Positions 16,396 through 25,696 of a stretch of 29,753 bases of DNA are shown in pieces. Made by a program: the position numbers and the translations under genes. The DNA is from a virus (Duplodnaviria > Caudoviricetes): IMG/VR virus record IMGVR_UViG_3300005512_000232, positions 1-29,753 of that record. One strand, given 5' to 3'. Position 1 is the first letter of the stretch, and each line of letters opens with the position of its first letter. Below the pieces are notes generated by a model. That model had not been told where the DNA came from. It worked only from the letters and a program-made list of their open reading frames with translations, and searched no databases.

Positions 16396-17136
16396 ATGGC
16401 AAATCGTGATGAAATGAGCTTTGGCAGAGCCTTTGCAGATGCCCGTAAGGAAATGGGTGGTGGCAAGACTTTTACCTGGCGTGGCAATAAGTACACCACG
16501 GACTTGGCTGAGGAGGCTCCTGCTAGGGGTTCTCGTGGCTCTACAAGCCGTGCCCCTACGGAGTCTGCACGTCCCCAGGCTCGTCGTCGTTCCGTGGATG
16601 AAGTTGCACGTAGTGCTTCTGCAGCTATCGACCGTGCAGAGGGTAAGCCTGCTACTCGTCCCCAACGGAATCCTCGCAGAGTTCCTGGCCCGAATGAAGG
16701 CACTGCCACCTCTGTGTCTACACCCCGTGTAACATCTGGGCCTATTGATAGAGAAGTCAGAAGAGACCCTCGTGACAAAGCACCAACCCCCACTAAAGTT
16801 AACCGTGCGGATGTTATTCCGCAAATCGTTGAAAGCTTTATTAACGATGCTACCACTCCCTCCCTGAGAACTGGTGCAATAAAAATTGCAGAGGAGGGTG
16901 CCAGAAATAGAGTCCCTGGTCGTGCAATTATTATGGCAATCCAAAACTTTTTGCGTGGTGAAGGCCCGACTGACCCTTCTGTAATTCTCAGAGAGGGTCG
17001 TCCGTCTGGCATGGCTAAGGGTGGTATGGCCAAGAAGCAAGGCTATGCTCGTGGTGGCATGGTTAAGAAGGGGAACACTGACCGTCGTGGCAAGGGTATG
17101 TTCTACGACTCTAAGTCCCCCAGAGGTTACAAATGA
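16396..17136 (+). CDS. Basic low-complexity protein
   Basis: SFGRAFADARK..FTWRGNKYTT N-terminus; MAKGG and YARGG near the C-terminus. Confidence 0.8.
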   Translation: MANRDEMSFGRAFADARKEMGGGKTFTWRGNKYTTDLAEEAPARGSRGSTSRAPTESARPQARRRSVDEVARSASAAIDRAEGKPATRPQRNPRRVPGPNEGTATSVSTPRVTSGPIDREVRRDPRDKAPTPTKVNRADVIPQIVESFINDATTPSLRTGAIKIAEEGARNRVPGRAIIMAIQNFLRGEGPTDPSVILREGRPSGMAKGGMAKKQGYARGGMVKKGNTDRRGKGMFYDSKSPRGYK

Positions 17137-17366
17137 GACTTGTTAATGATAAAGTTCTTGGGCACATGGGTGATGTCCTGGCAGAAAAGATTCGTGGAGA
17201 GTGGCATACTAAGGATGCTGCCATCCTCCAGTTTATCTCTGACCAGGAGGAAGTGGTTCGGGCTAGGGATGAGAAGGGTCACTTTATTCCTGATGACCCT
17301 ACCACTCCCGAGGTGAATGAAGCCTGGACTACTAAGCTCAAGAAGAAGGCTACCAAAAAGAAATGA
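17133..17366 (+). CDS. Hypothetical phage protein
   Basis: VRARDEKGHFIPDDPTTPEVNEAW motif, Lys-rich tail. Confidence 0.8.
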   Translation: MRLVNDKVLGHMGDVLAEKIRGEWHTKDAAILQFISDQEEVVRARDEKGHFIPDDPTTPEVNEAWTTKLKKKATKKK

Positions 17367-17728
17367 CCCTTTACAGCCAAGGCAAGCCAGCACGTACTGT
17401 CAGTAAGGGTGTCATCTGTGACACTCAGGATGCCGTAGAGACACTCTACACCTGTCCTTCTAACTGTCGTGCTGAGGTGACCATGCTGTTCTGTGTGAAT
17501 GCAAATGGTAACACCACTGCCCTGGCTAAGTGGGTACGAGCAAGTGACTCTGCTGAGTTTAGGCTTATTGGTGGTAAGAACCTAGGCGTAGGTGAGTTTG
17601 TTCTACTCACAGATGCTACACTTGTACTGGAACCCGGTGATGCCCTTAAGTGTGTTGCTTCAGGTAATGCTTCCCCAGAACTAGACTTTATGTGTACTGT
17701 TACTGAGACCTTCATTCCAGTAGGCTAG
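17363..17728 (+). CDS. Putative beta-rich virion protein
   Basis: TLYTCP..LVLEPGD pattern. Confidence 0.7.
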   Translation: MTLYSQGKPARTVSKGVICDTQDAVETLYTCPSNCRAEVTMLFCVNANGNTTALAKWVRASDSAEFRLIGGKNLGVGEFVLLTDATLVLEPGDALKCVASGNASPELDFMCTVTETFIPVG

Positions 17729-17729
17729 T

Positions 17730-17787
17730 CTGCATAACGGGATTGCATTCTTATCTGTAGTATAGTATAGTGATTCTGGTATAACTA
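17730..17787 (+). promoter_or_regulatory. Promoter of the DUF1127 gene with an upstream palindrome
   Basis: TATAACTA -10 without a TTGAC -35; upstream TGCA-N9-TGCA. Confidence 0.45.
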
Positions 17788-17813
17788 CTCCGTCTCAACA
17801 AAGGAGTAGACCA

Positions 17814-17966
17814 ATGCTTAAGAAGATCCTAGACTTTATCAACGACTACCACGAGAAGAGAGTCGCCTACATTCAACTCAACTACCTGACTGACAAGCAG
17901 TTGCAGGACTTGGGTCTGAAAAGATCAGAGATTGTGGACACAGTTTATGGCCGAAAAAAAGTCTAA
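17814..17966 (+). CDS. DUF1127 (YjiS-like) small protein, not in the ORF track
   Basis: 50 aa ..QLNYLTDKQLQDLGLKRSEI..; AAGGAG SD. Confidence 0.8.
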   Translation: MLKKILDFINDYHEKRVAYIQLNYLTDKQLQDLGLKRSEIVDTVYGRKKV

Positions 17967-18126
17967 AGTAAACGAGGCTGGCAACTACACCAAGCCTGCC
18001 ATGCGGAAGCGCCTCTTTGAGAAGATCAAGGCTGGCACCAAGGGTGGCAAGGCTGGGCAGTGGTCGGCCAGGAAAGCACAGCTTTTGGCCAGTGAATATA
18101 AAAAAGCTGGTGGAGGCTACAAGTGA
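17947..18126 (+). CDS. Basic phage protein (DUF5872-like)
   Basis: NYTKPAMRKRLFEKIKAGTKGGKAGQWSARKAQLLASEYKKAGGGY. Confidence 0.8.
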   Translation: MAEKKSKVNEAGNYTKPAMRKRLFEKIKAGTKGGKAGQWSARKAQLLASEYKKAGGGYK

Positions 18127-18380
18127 CTAAGAAAGCCCCACAGAAAAGCCTAGACAAGTGGACCAAGCAGGACTGGCGTACTAAGTCAGGCAAGCCATCC
18201 ACTCAGGGACCGAAGGCTACAGGTGAACGTTACCTACCTGCTAAGGCAATCTCCGCACTCTCTGCGGAGGAATACGCAAGAACCTCCGCAAAGAAGCGCA
18301 GGGACACCAAGGCAGGTAAACAACACTCCAGTCAGCCAAAGACTATCGCTAAGAAAACCAGCAGACACAGGAAATCCTAA
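18123..18380 (+). CDS. Basic phage protein (DUF5872-like, second half)
   Basis: QKSLDKWTKQDWRTKSGK..TGERYLP. Confidence 0.8.
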   Translation: MTKKAPQKSLDKWTKQDWRTKSGKPSTQGPKATGERYLPAKAISALSAEEYARTSAKKRRDTKAGKQHSSQPKTIAKKTSRHRKS

Positions 18381-18739
18381 TGGCACGTACAGAAATGCAA
18401 CAGAAGTTTCTCGATGTCCTCTTTGAAGAGGCAGAGGGTAACTTTGTGAAGGCTAAGAAACTGGCGGGCTACAGTGACAATGTGGCTACGTCTGTTATCG
18501 TTGATGCTCTTGAGGATGACATTGCAGAACTGGTCAAGAAGTACTTGGCTCGTTCTGGTGTTAAGGCTGCATACACCATGCACCAGGCAATGGTTAACCC
18601 CACTGACCTGGGTGTGAAAGAGAAGATGTCTGCAGCTAAGGACATCCTTGACCGTGCTGGGTTCAAGGCTACGGACAAAGTGGAAGTTAAGTCAGAGACT
18701 CCTCTGTTTATTCTTCCTGCTAAAAAAGATGAGGATTGA
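18380..18739 (+). CDS. Terminase small subunit (putative)
   Basis: QQKFLD..AKKLAGYS HTH and AAKDILDRAG; upstream of TerL. Confidence 0.7.
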   Translation: MARTEMQQKFLDVLFEEAEGNFVKAKKLAGYSDNVATSVIVDALEDDIAELVKKYLARSGVKAAYTMHQAMVNPTDLGVKEKMSAAKDILDRAGFKATDKVEVKSETPLFILPAKKDED

Positions 18740-18762
18740 CAAACAATCCCAGAAGAGGTAGC

Positions 18763-19221
18763 ATGGCTAGACTAAAAAGAACATGGACACTACCCCCACC
18801 TGAGGAAACGGAAGAAGAGTATATCTGGTACCCTGTTGTTCGAGTTGGAAGGTTTATTCCCTTTGGCTACGAACAAGACCCAGATGACCCAGACATCTTA
18901 CTCCCTATCCCTGAAGAGCTTGAACTGTTTGAACAAGCCAAGAAGCACTTGAAGCAGTACAGTTACAGACAAGTAGCTGCATGGCTGAGTGAGCAGAGTG
19001 GGAGACCAATATCCCACGTGGGTTTGTTTAAGAGGGTTAAACTTGAGCAGGGACGTAAGAGACAAGCTTCAAATCTCCGCTACCTTGCCGAAAGGTACAA
19101 GGCGGCGCTCGAAAAAGCCGAGAAAATCGAACGTCACAGAGTCGGTGCAAGAGGCACCCCAGACGGTGACGGAGAGACCGACAGTACCTGCTCAGGCGAG
19201 TCCAGAGAAGATCGAGGTTAA
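18763..19221 (+). CDS. DNA-binding protein resembling a serine-recombinase recombinase domain
   Basis: IPFGY..L.P..EELE..SYRQVAAWL; no catalytic resolvase domain. Confidence 0.6.
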   Translation: MARLKRTWTLPPPEETEEEYIWYPVVRVGRFIPFGYEQDPDDPDILLPIPEELELFEQAKKHLKQYSYRQVAAWLSEQSGRPISHVGLFKRVKLEQGRKRQASNLRYLAERYKAALEKAEKIERHRVGARGTPDGDGETDSTCSGESREDRG

Positions 19222-20620
19222 GAAGGCGCAGGAAGTAATCTTCCAGCCTAACCCTGGTCCTCAGACCGACTTCCTGTCCGCACCTGAGCAAGAAGTACTG
19301 TACGGTGGTGCTGCTGGTGGTGGCAAGTCCTACGCTATGCTGGCTGACCCCGTACGGTACTTCAATAATCCCAAAGCAAGGATGCTCCTTGTCCGTAGAA
19401 CTACGGAAGAGTTGAGAGAACTTGTGGCGGTCTCCAAGGAACTCTACCCACGTGCCATCCCTGGCATTAAGTTCCTTGAGAGAGATAAGACCTGGGTGGC
19501 TCCCTCTGGTGCCTCCCTCTGGCTGTCCTACCTCGACCGAGAGGATGACGTGAGCCGTTACCAGGGTCAGGCGTACACCTGGATTGGTTTTGACGAGTTG
19601 ACACAGTGGCCCACACCCTATGCCTGGGACTACATGCGTACTCGTCTCCGTACCAGTAAGGACTCTGGCCTCAAGCTGTACCAGAGGGCCACGACAAACC
19701 CTGGCGGTCCTGGGCATCAGTGGGTCAAGAAGATGTTCGTTGACCCCTCAGCCCCTGGGACTCCCTTCTGGGCTAAGGATCTAGACTCGGGTGAAGTTAT
19801 TACCTGGCCCAAGGGTCACAGCCTTGAGGGACAGCCTTTACTTAAACGCCGTTTTATCCCTGCTACTCTGCACGACAACCCCTACCTAGCAGATGACGGG
19901 ATGTACGAGGCAAACCTGCTGTCTATGCCAGAGCATTTGCGTAAGCAGCTACTAGAGGGCAACTGGGATATCAACCAGGGTGCAGCCTTCCCTGAGTTTA
20001 GTCGTAGGCTACACGTTATCGAACCCTTCGATATCCCGAATAGCTGGACTAAGTTTAGGGCTGCTGACTACGGATACGGTTCCTACTCTGGTGTACTCTG
20101 GATTGCTGTGTCTCCCTCAGAACAGTTGATCGTCTACAGAGAATTGTATGTGTCTCGTGTGATTGCTACTGACTTGGCTGACATGGTTCTTGAGCGTGAG
20201 GAGGGGGAGAAGATTCGCTATGGTGTACTCGACTCCTCACTCTGGCACAAGCGTGGTGACACTGGTCCCAGCCTAGCAGAGCAGATGATCCTCAGGGGTT
20301 GTCGGTGGAGACCTGCAGACAGATCCAGGGGTTCCCGTGTGGCTGGTAAGAACGAGATCCACAGGAGACTACAGGTGGATGACTTTACTGATGAGCCTCG
20401 GCTGGTAATCTTTAACACCTGCACCAACCTGATCTCTCAACTCCCCTCCATCCCTCTTGACAAGAACAACCCTGAGGATGTGGACACCAAGTCAGAGGAT
20501 CACCTGTATGATGCGCTGCGTTATGCTGTGATGACAAGACCACGAAGCTCTCTGTTTGACTTTGACCCACTCACCCAAAGATCTGGCTTCCAGGCCGCTG
20601 ACTCAACCTTTGGTTACTAA
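19166..20620 (+). CDS. terL: Terminase large subunit
   Basis: Q motif PGPQ, Walker A YGGAAGGGKS, Walker B IGFDE, ATTNPGGPG, nuclease ADYG and DHLYDALRY; start uncertain (GTG 19166 chosen, frame open from 18989). Confidence 0.93.
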   Translation: MTERPTVPAQASPEKIEVKKAQEVIFQPNPGPQTDFLSAPEQEVLYGGAAGGGKSYAMLADPVRYFNNPKARMLLVRRTTEELRELVAVSKELYPRAIPGIKFLERDKTWVAPSGASLWLSYLDREDDVSRYQGQAYTWIGFDELTQWPTPYAWDYMRTRLRTSKDSGLKLYQRATTNPGGPGHQWVKKMFVDPSAPGTPFWAKDLDSGEVITWPKGHSLEGQPLLKRRFIPATLHDNPYLADDGMYEANLLSMPEHLRKQLLEGNWDINQGAAFPEFSRRLHVIEPFDIPNSWTKFRAADYGYGSYSGVLWIAVSPSEQLIVYRELYVSRVIATDLADMVLEREEGEKIRYGVLDSSLWHKRGDTGPSLAEQMILRGCRWRPADRSRGSRVAGKNEIHRRLQVDDFTDEPRLVIFNTCTNLISQLPSIPLDKNNPEDVDTKSEDHLYDALRYAVMTRPRSSLFDFDPLTQRSGFQAADSTFGY

Positions 20621-20633
20621 GTAAGGACGTAAC

Positions 20634-22709
20634 ATGGACGAAGATGAAATCATTGACTCCGCAAACTCGGTATCCCTTGAGGATGTGGCTGAGAATGACT
20701 TCAATGACCCTAAGGCTGGCACGATTGTCGGATTCGTAGAGAGTCGGTTCAAGCGGGCAGAAGACGCTCGTTATATTGATGAACAGCGTTGGATCAGAGC
20801 ATACAGAAACTACCGTGGTATCTACGGCCCTGATGTTCAGTTTACTTCCACTGAAAAGTCTAAGATCTTTGTCAAGGTAACCAAGACGAAGACCCTGGCT
20901 GCATACGGCCAGATTGTTGACGTTCTCTTTGGTGCCAACCGCTTCCCCATTACCATTGACCCCACCACTCTCCCTGAGGGTATCTCTGAGGCAGTCCACT
21001 TTGAGACCAACCCTCAGATGGATGCAGTGCAGGATCAACCCCAGCAGGACATGTCCCTTCTTCCTGGGGAGACTTATCCTGAGTTCCTGGAACGCCTTGG
21101 TGGTCTTCGTGACAAGCTGTCCCCTGTTGAGGGTAAGCTGAAGGAGGGTGAGGGTACAACCCCCACAGCTATCAGCCTCCACCCAGCCATGCTGTCTGCA
21201 AAGAAAATGGAGAAGAAGATCCACGACCAGTTGGAGGAGTCCAACGCAAAGAAGCAACTTCGTGTTGCAGCCTTTGAGTGTGCCCTGTTTGGCACTGGTG
21301 TAATGAAGGGTCCGTTTGCCATCGACAAGGAGTATCCCAACTGGGATGAGGATGGCACCTACAACCCCACCTTCAAGACTGTCCCCCAGACTTCCTCTGT
21401 GTCTGTGTGGAACTTCTATCCCGATCCCGATGCTGCCAACATGGAAGAGGCAGAGCATGTCATCGAGCGTCATAAGATGTCTCGTAGTCAACTCCGTGCC
21501 CTCAAGCGTCGTCCCTTCTTCCGTCACAACGCCATTGACAAAGCCCTTGCCGCTGGTGAGGACTACATCAAGGAGTGGTGGGAGCAGGAGATGGAGGATG
21601 AGTCCAACGAGTCCCGCACAGAACGCTTTGAGGTTCTGGAGTTCTGGGGCTACGTAGACACCGAGCTTCTCGAAGACTATGACGTTGAGATTCCCCGTGA
21701 GTTGAAGGATCTGGATCAGGTCAGTGTCAACATCTGGATCTGTCAGGGTCAGGTTCTCCGTCTGGTAATGAACCCCTTCACCCCCGCATACCTCCCCTAC
21801 TACGCAGTTCCCTACGAGGTTAATCCCTATAGCATGTTCGGTGTGGGTATTGCTGAGAACATGGATGACACTCAGACGCTGATGAATGGCTTCATGCGTA
21901 TGGCTGTGGACAATGCTGCACTCTCGGGTAACCTGATTATCGAGATTGACGAGACCAACCTTGTTCCTGGTCAAGACCTCTCGGTCTACCCCGGCAAAGT
22001 CTTCCGTCGTCAGGGTGGTGCCCCAGGTCAGGCAATCTTTGGCACAAAGTTCCCCAACGTATCCAACGAGAATATGCAACTCTTCGACAAGGCTCGTGTC
22101 CTTGCTGATGAATCCACTGGCTTCCCGTCATTCGCCCACGGCCAGACTGGTGTTGCTGGTGTAGGCAGAACAGCCTCGGGTATCTCGATGCTGATGTCTG
22201 CTGCCAATGGCTCCATCCGTACTGTGGTGAAGAACATCGACGACTACCTGCTTGCACCCCTGGGTAAAGCCTTCTTCAACTTCAACATGCAGTTTGACTT
22301 TGATCCTGAGATCAAGGGTGACCTGGAAGTGAAGGCACAGGGTACTGAGTCTCTGATGGCCAACGAAGTCCGTAGCCAGCGTCTGATGCAGTTCCTCGGT
22401 GTTGTCAGTAACCCTGCACTCGCACCCTTCGCTCGTATGGACTACATCGTGCGTGAGATTGCTAAGTCGATGGATCTCGATCCTGACAAAGTTGCAAACT
22501 CGATGGCAGATGCAGCTATCCAGGCTGAGATCCTCAAGCAGTTCCAGGCTGAGAACCCACAGCCCCAGCAGCAGCCCCAGGGCGGTGCTCCAGCAGGGGT
22601 ACAGGTTCAGGATACCCAGGGTAGCGGCGGTGGTAACATCGGTACTGGCAGTACTCCTGTGCCTGGTGAGCAGGGCTTCTCTGGTAATACTGGTGGGTTG
22701 CCGCAATGA
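20634..22709 (+). CDS. Portal protein
   Basis: 691 aa directly after TerL; FGTGVMKGP, FGVGIAE, RTASGISMLM; Gln/Gly-rich tail. Confidence 0.88.
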   Translation: MDEDEIIDSANSVSLEDVAENDFNDPKAGTIVGFVESRFKRAEDARYIDEQRWIRAYRNYRGIYGPDVQFTSTEKSKIFVKVTKTKTLAAYGQIVDVLFGANRFPITIDPTTLPEGISEAVHFETNPQMDAVQDQPQQDMSLLPGETYPEFLERLGGLRDKLSPVEGKLKEGEGTTPTAISLHPAMLSAKKMEKKIHDQLEESNAKKQLRVAAFECALFGTGVMKGPFAIDKEYPNWDEDGTYNPTFKTVPQTSSVSVWNFYPDPDAANMEEAEHVIERHKMSRSQLRALKRRPFFRHNAIDKALAAGEDYIKEWWEQEMEDESNESRTERFEVLEFWGYVDTELLEDYDVEIPRELKDLDQVSVNIWICQGQVLRLVMNPFTPAYLPYYAVPYEVNPYSMFGVGIAENMDDTQTLMNGFMRMAVDNAALSGNLIIEIDETNLVPGQDLSVYPGKVFRRQGGAPGQAIFGTKFPNVSNENMQLFDKARVLADESTGFPSFAHGQTGVAGVGRTASGISMLMSAANGSIRTVVKNIDDYLLAPLGKAFFNFNMQFDFDPEIKGDLEVKAQGTESLMANEVRSQRLMQFLGVVSNPALAPFARMDYIVREIAKSMDLDPDKVANSMADAAIQAEILKQFQAENPQPQQQPQGGAPAGVQVQDTQGSGGGNIGTGSTPVPGEQGFSGNTGGLPQ

Positions 22710-22897
22710 GCCTGAAGCTTCTTGTGAATAACCCAGACATCTGGAAGGCTCTCCTTGCAGAACTAGAGGAACGGATCGAACTGACTCATAAGAATCTGGA
22801 GCAGATGAATGCAGCAGATGAACTGTATCGTCTGCAGGGTGAGGCTCGGGCCTACAGAAAATTGCTGAATTTGAGGGATAAAGTTAATGCAGGATAA
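22706..22897 (+). CDS. Small post-portal helical protein
   Basis: LYRLQGEA..LLNLRDKV; coupled to the portal stop. Confidence 0.75.
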   Translation: MSLKLLVNNPDIWKALLAELEERIELTHKNLEQMNAADELYRLQGEARAYRKLLNLRDKVNAG

Positions 22898-24632
22898 AGA
22901 CAACATGAATGAACAGATGAGCCTCTTTGATATGGGCGGTCTGGCTGATGATGGTGCAATGCGTGATCCCGTGAGTGGTAACGAAGTGCCCCCTGGCTCA
23001 ATGGCCTCAGAGGTTCGTGATGACGTTCCTGCAATGCTCTCAGAAGGAGAGTACATTGTTCCCGCAGATGTGGTACGCTTCTTCGGTGTGAGGTTCTTTG
23101 AAGATCTTCGGAGTCAAGCCAAGCAAGGTTTGATGGACATGGAGCGTAATGGTCGCATCGGCGGTGAGCCTGTGGATGCCCCGATGACTGAGGGTGACCT
23201 CACCCCAGAAGAGATGGCAATGCTAACTGAGATTACTGGTATGTATGCTGGTGGTGATGTTAAGAGATCCTCCCAGGAACGTATGTCTCTCCAGGAAGTT
23301 CTCTCCAGTAATATGAGCATCTATGATGCTATCAATAGCCCTGTTCGAGTGTATACTCCGGGTGGGGATGAAGCGACTACCCCTGAGATGAAGAGGGAGT
23401 TGTTTCAGAAGCTTGGGCTTATACAGATTGCAGAAGCTTCAGGTATGGCTCAGGGTGGTATGGTTATGGAAGACCCCCGCATGGCTCAGTACAATATGGC
23501 AAGCTATGCTGCCAGTATTCCTAACCAGCCTATGCGGGGTTTTAACGAGGGTGGTCTTCAGCCTGGTGTCGCTAGCATGACTCAGGAAGACTTTATGAAT
23601 CAGGCGCAACAGGGTGGTGGTTTCCAACTACCCCGGAGTATCTTTACCCCTCCTGCACCTACGACCCCTACCACTCAAGAGCCTGAATTTACCCCGGTAA
23701 TGCTGTACAGCCCCACAGGTATAGCAATCCTTGCCAGTAGTCAGGAACAGTATAACGACCTTATTGCACAGGGTTACACAACGTCACCCAGCCCAACACC
23801 TGTAACTCCTGATGATGACAGCGGTGATGGTGGTGATGGTGGTCCCCCCGGTGGTGCAGGGGGTGGTTTCTCCTTGAGTGAGGAAAACCGTGAAGCCCTG
23901 GCAAGCGACCCACTAAAGTTTGGCACAGAAGCTCTTGGGTTTGAGATGCCTTTTGGTGCTGACACTGGAGATGTCGCAGGGTTGGGTCTGATTGCTGCTG
24001 GACCCGCAGGTGCTCTTGCAGGTGGTTTTGTCGGTGCTGCTATGGAGCTTGACAATATTGCTAAGGCTAAGGCAGGTTTGATCGAGGCCAGAGCACAGGG
24101 TCTTCAAGATACCCCAGAGTTTGCAGCCCTGGATGCTGCAGTAAAAGCTGCAGAAAAAGACCTAAGCGGCCCTGCAAGATTCCTCAGCAACGTCCTCGGG
24201 TTTGGTGATGGTAAAAATTATGCTGCCTCTGTTACTGGTATGACACCTACTCCCCCAACCAGGGCTGGAGTAACACCCCCTGGTAGTGGAGTAACACCTC
24301 CTGGTGGTGGGGGAGGTACCCCTCGTGCCCCAACAACTTCTCCTGTGCCAACTCAAAGACCTGATAGGGATTCAGATGGTCCAGCAGCAGAATCTCCGGC
24401 AGACCGAGCTAGACGGGGATCTGAAGCAGTTATCTCGGCTGCTGAGAAAAACCTTGCATCTGAAGAAGAGCTTGCCGATATGCGAGCGGAGGCAACTAAA
24501 GCAGAGGCTCAACTTGCAGATATTGAAAGTAGAGCATCGGGCGGAAGAAACACCACAGGCCGTGTTGGGTTTGAAGGTGGTGGCCTCGTAGCCAAACCAA
24601 CTCGTAAAAAACCGGTTGCAAAGAAAAAATAA
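22887..24632 (+). CDS. Head-associated low-complexity protein
   Basis: DDVPAMLSEGEYIVPADVV domain, five xxGG motifs, Pro/Gly-rich segments. Confidence 0.75.
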   Translation: MQDKDNMNEQMSLFDMGGLADDGAMRDPVSGNEVPPGSMASEVRDDVPAMLSEGEYIVPADVVRFFGVRFFEDLRSQAKQGLMDMERNGRIGGEPVDAPMTEGDLTPEEMAMLTEITGMYAGGDVKRSSQERMSLQEVLSSNMSIYDAINSPVRVYTPGGDEATTPEMKRELFQKLGLIQIAEASGMAQGGMVMEDPRMAQYNMASYAASIPNQPMRGFNEGGLQPGVASMTQEDFMNQAQQGGGFQLPRSIFTPPAPTTPTTQEPEFTPVMLYSPTGIAILASSQEQYNDLIAQGYTTSPSPTPVTPDDDSGDGGDGGPPGGAGGGFSLSEENREALASDPLKFGTEALGFEMPFGADTGDVAGLGLIAAGPAGALAGGFVGAAMELDNIAKAKAGLIEARAQGLQDTPEFAALDAAVKAAEKDLSGPARFLSNVLGFGDGKNYAASVTGMTPTPPTRAGVTPPGSGVTPPGGGGGTPRAPTTSPVPTQRPDRDSDGPAAESPADRARRGSEAVISAAEKNLASEEELADMRAEATKAEAQLADIESRASGGRNTTGRVGFEGGGLVAKPTRKKPVAKKK

Positions 24633-24654
24633 CCTGCTATGCTATTAGCAGCAT

Positions 24655-24700
24655 AAGGCTACCTAGGGGTTCTTCAAGTCCCCTGGCCCCAACATAAGGA
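24655..24700 (+). promoter_or_regulatory. RNA hairpin upstream of the scaffold SD
   Basis: GGCTACC-TAGGGG..CCCCTG-GCCCC immediately before TAAGGA. Confidence 0.5.
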
Positions 24701-24707
24701 TAGACTA

Positions 24708-25661
24708 ATGGCCCAACTTGATACTGTAAAGACTCAGAAGACTGCTGGATATGTTGACCGTGGATTTAACCACGCCAAGAAGCAGAAGATGCTTGAGGAA
24801 GAAGAGAAAGAGATTGCTCGACTAGAAGCTCAACAACGGGGTGAGACCTATGAAGAAGGGTCCGAGGAATCCGATAGCGAGGCACCTAAGGCAACCCAAG
24901 TTCAGGAAACAAGTGGTTCCGAACAAGAAGAAGCCGACACGGAAGCCGAAGCACAGGAAGATGACTCTAACCTGACCGCTGAAGAGAAGTCCTTCAAGAA
25001 GCGTTATGGTGACCTACGTCGCCACATGCAACTCAAGGAGAAGGAGTGGCAGGATCGTCTTGAGGCTCTTGAGGGTCGAGCAAAGACTCACAACATTATT
25101 CCACCCAAGTCTGATGAGGATATCGAGAAGTGGGCAAAGAGATACCCTGATGTTGCGGGTATTGTAGAGACGATTGCTGCAAAGAAGGCACAGGAACTCT
25201 TTAAGACTGCAGAGTCTCGCCTTGCTGAATTTGATAAGGTTCAGTACGAGGCTACACGCACTAAGGCTGAGAATCAGATTCGGGATACACACCCTGACTT
25301 TGACAAGCTTCGTGCAAGTGATGAATTTCATGAGTGGGCAGATGCTCAACCCAAGTGGGTTCAGGATGCCCTCTACGAGAATGCAGATGACCCTGCCTCG
25401 GTTGTCCGTGTGATTGACCTCTACAAAGTAGACAAGGGTCTTAATCCTGCGGCACGTAAGCAGTCTGCAAAGGATGCCGCCTCGGCTGTGACACGAAAGT
25501 CTGCCAAGGCAAGCATAGATCCTGATGACTCCTCAAACTATCTTAAGGAGTCTCAGGTCGCCAGGATGTCTGCAGAGGAGTTTGAGAAACACTCTGACGA
25601 CATCAACCAGGCAATTCGTTCTGGAAAATTTATCTATGATATCTCTGGTAGAGCAAGATAA
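24708..25661 (+). CDS. Capsid scaffolding protein (putative)
   Basis: Acidic N-terminus, FKKRYGDLRRH, HPDF..F.EW..QP; directly upstream of MCP. Confidence 0.8.
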   Translation: MAQLDTVKTQKTAGYVDRGFNHAKKQKMLEEEEKEIARLEAQQRGETYEEGSEESDSEAPKATQVQETSGSEQEEADTEAEAQEDDSNLTAEEKSFKKRYGDLRRHMQLKEKEWQDRLEALEGRAKTHNIIPPKSDEDIEKWAKRYPDVAGIVETIAAKKAQELFKTAESRLAEFDKVQYEATRTKAENQIRDTHPDFDKLRASDEFHEWADAQPKWVQDALYENADDPASVVRVIDLYKVDKGLNPAARKQSAKDAASAVTRKSAKASIDPDDSSNYLKESQVARMSAEEFEKHSDDINQAIRSGKFIYDISGRAR

Positions 25662-25663
25662 GT

Positions 25664-25693
25664 GTTGACAAGCGTTTTGTTCTGGATATAACT
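25664..25693 (+). promoter_or_regulatory. MCP promoter
   Basis: TTGACA-N16-TATAACTA. Confidence 0.75.
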
Positions 25694-25696
25694 AAG

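Noticed and set aside
20571-22079. 502-aa antisense ORF opposite the portal (also 25773-26918, 16116-17033, 28658-29467, 19037-19717)
   Set aside because: Shadow ORFs expected from the codon bias of the sense genes; no SD or recognisable motifs
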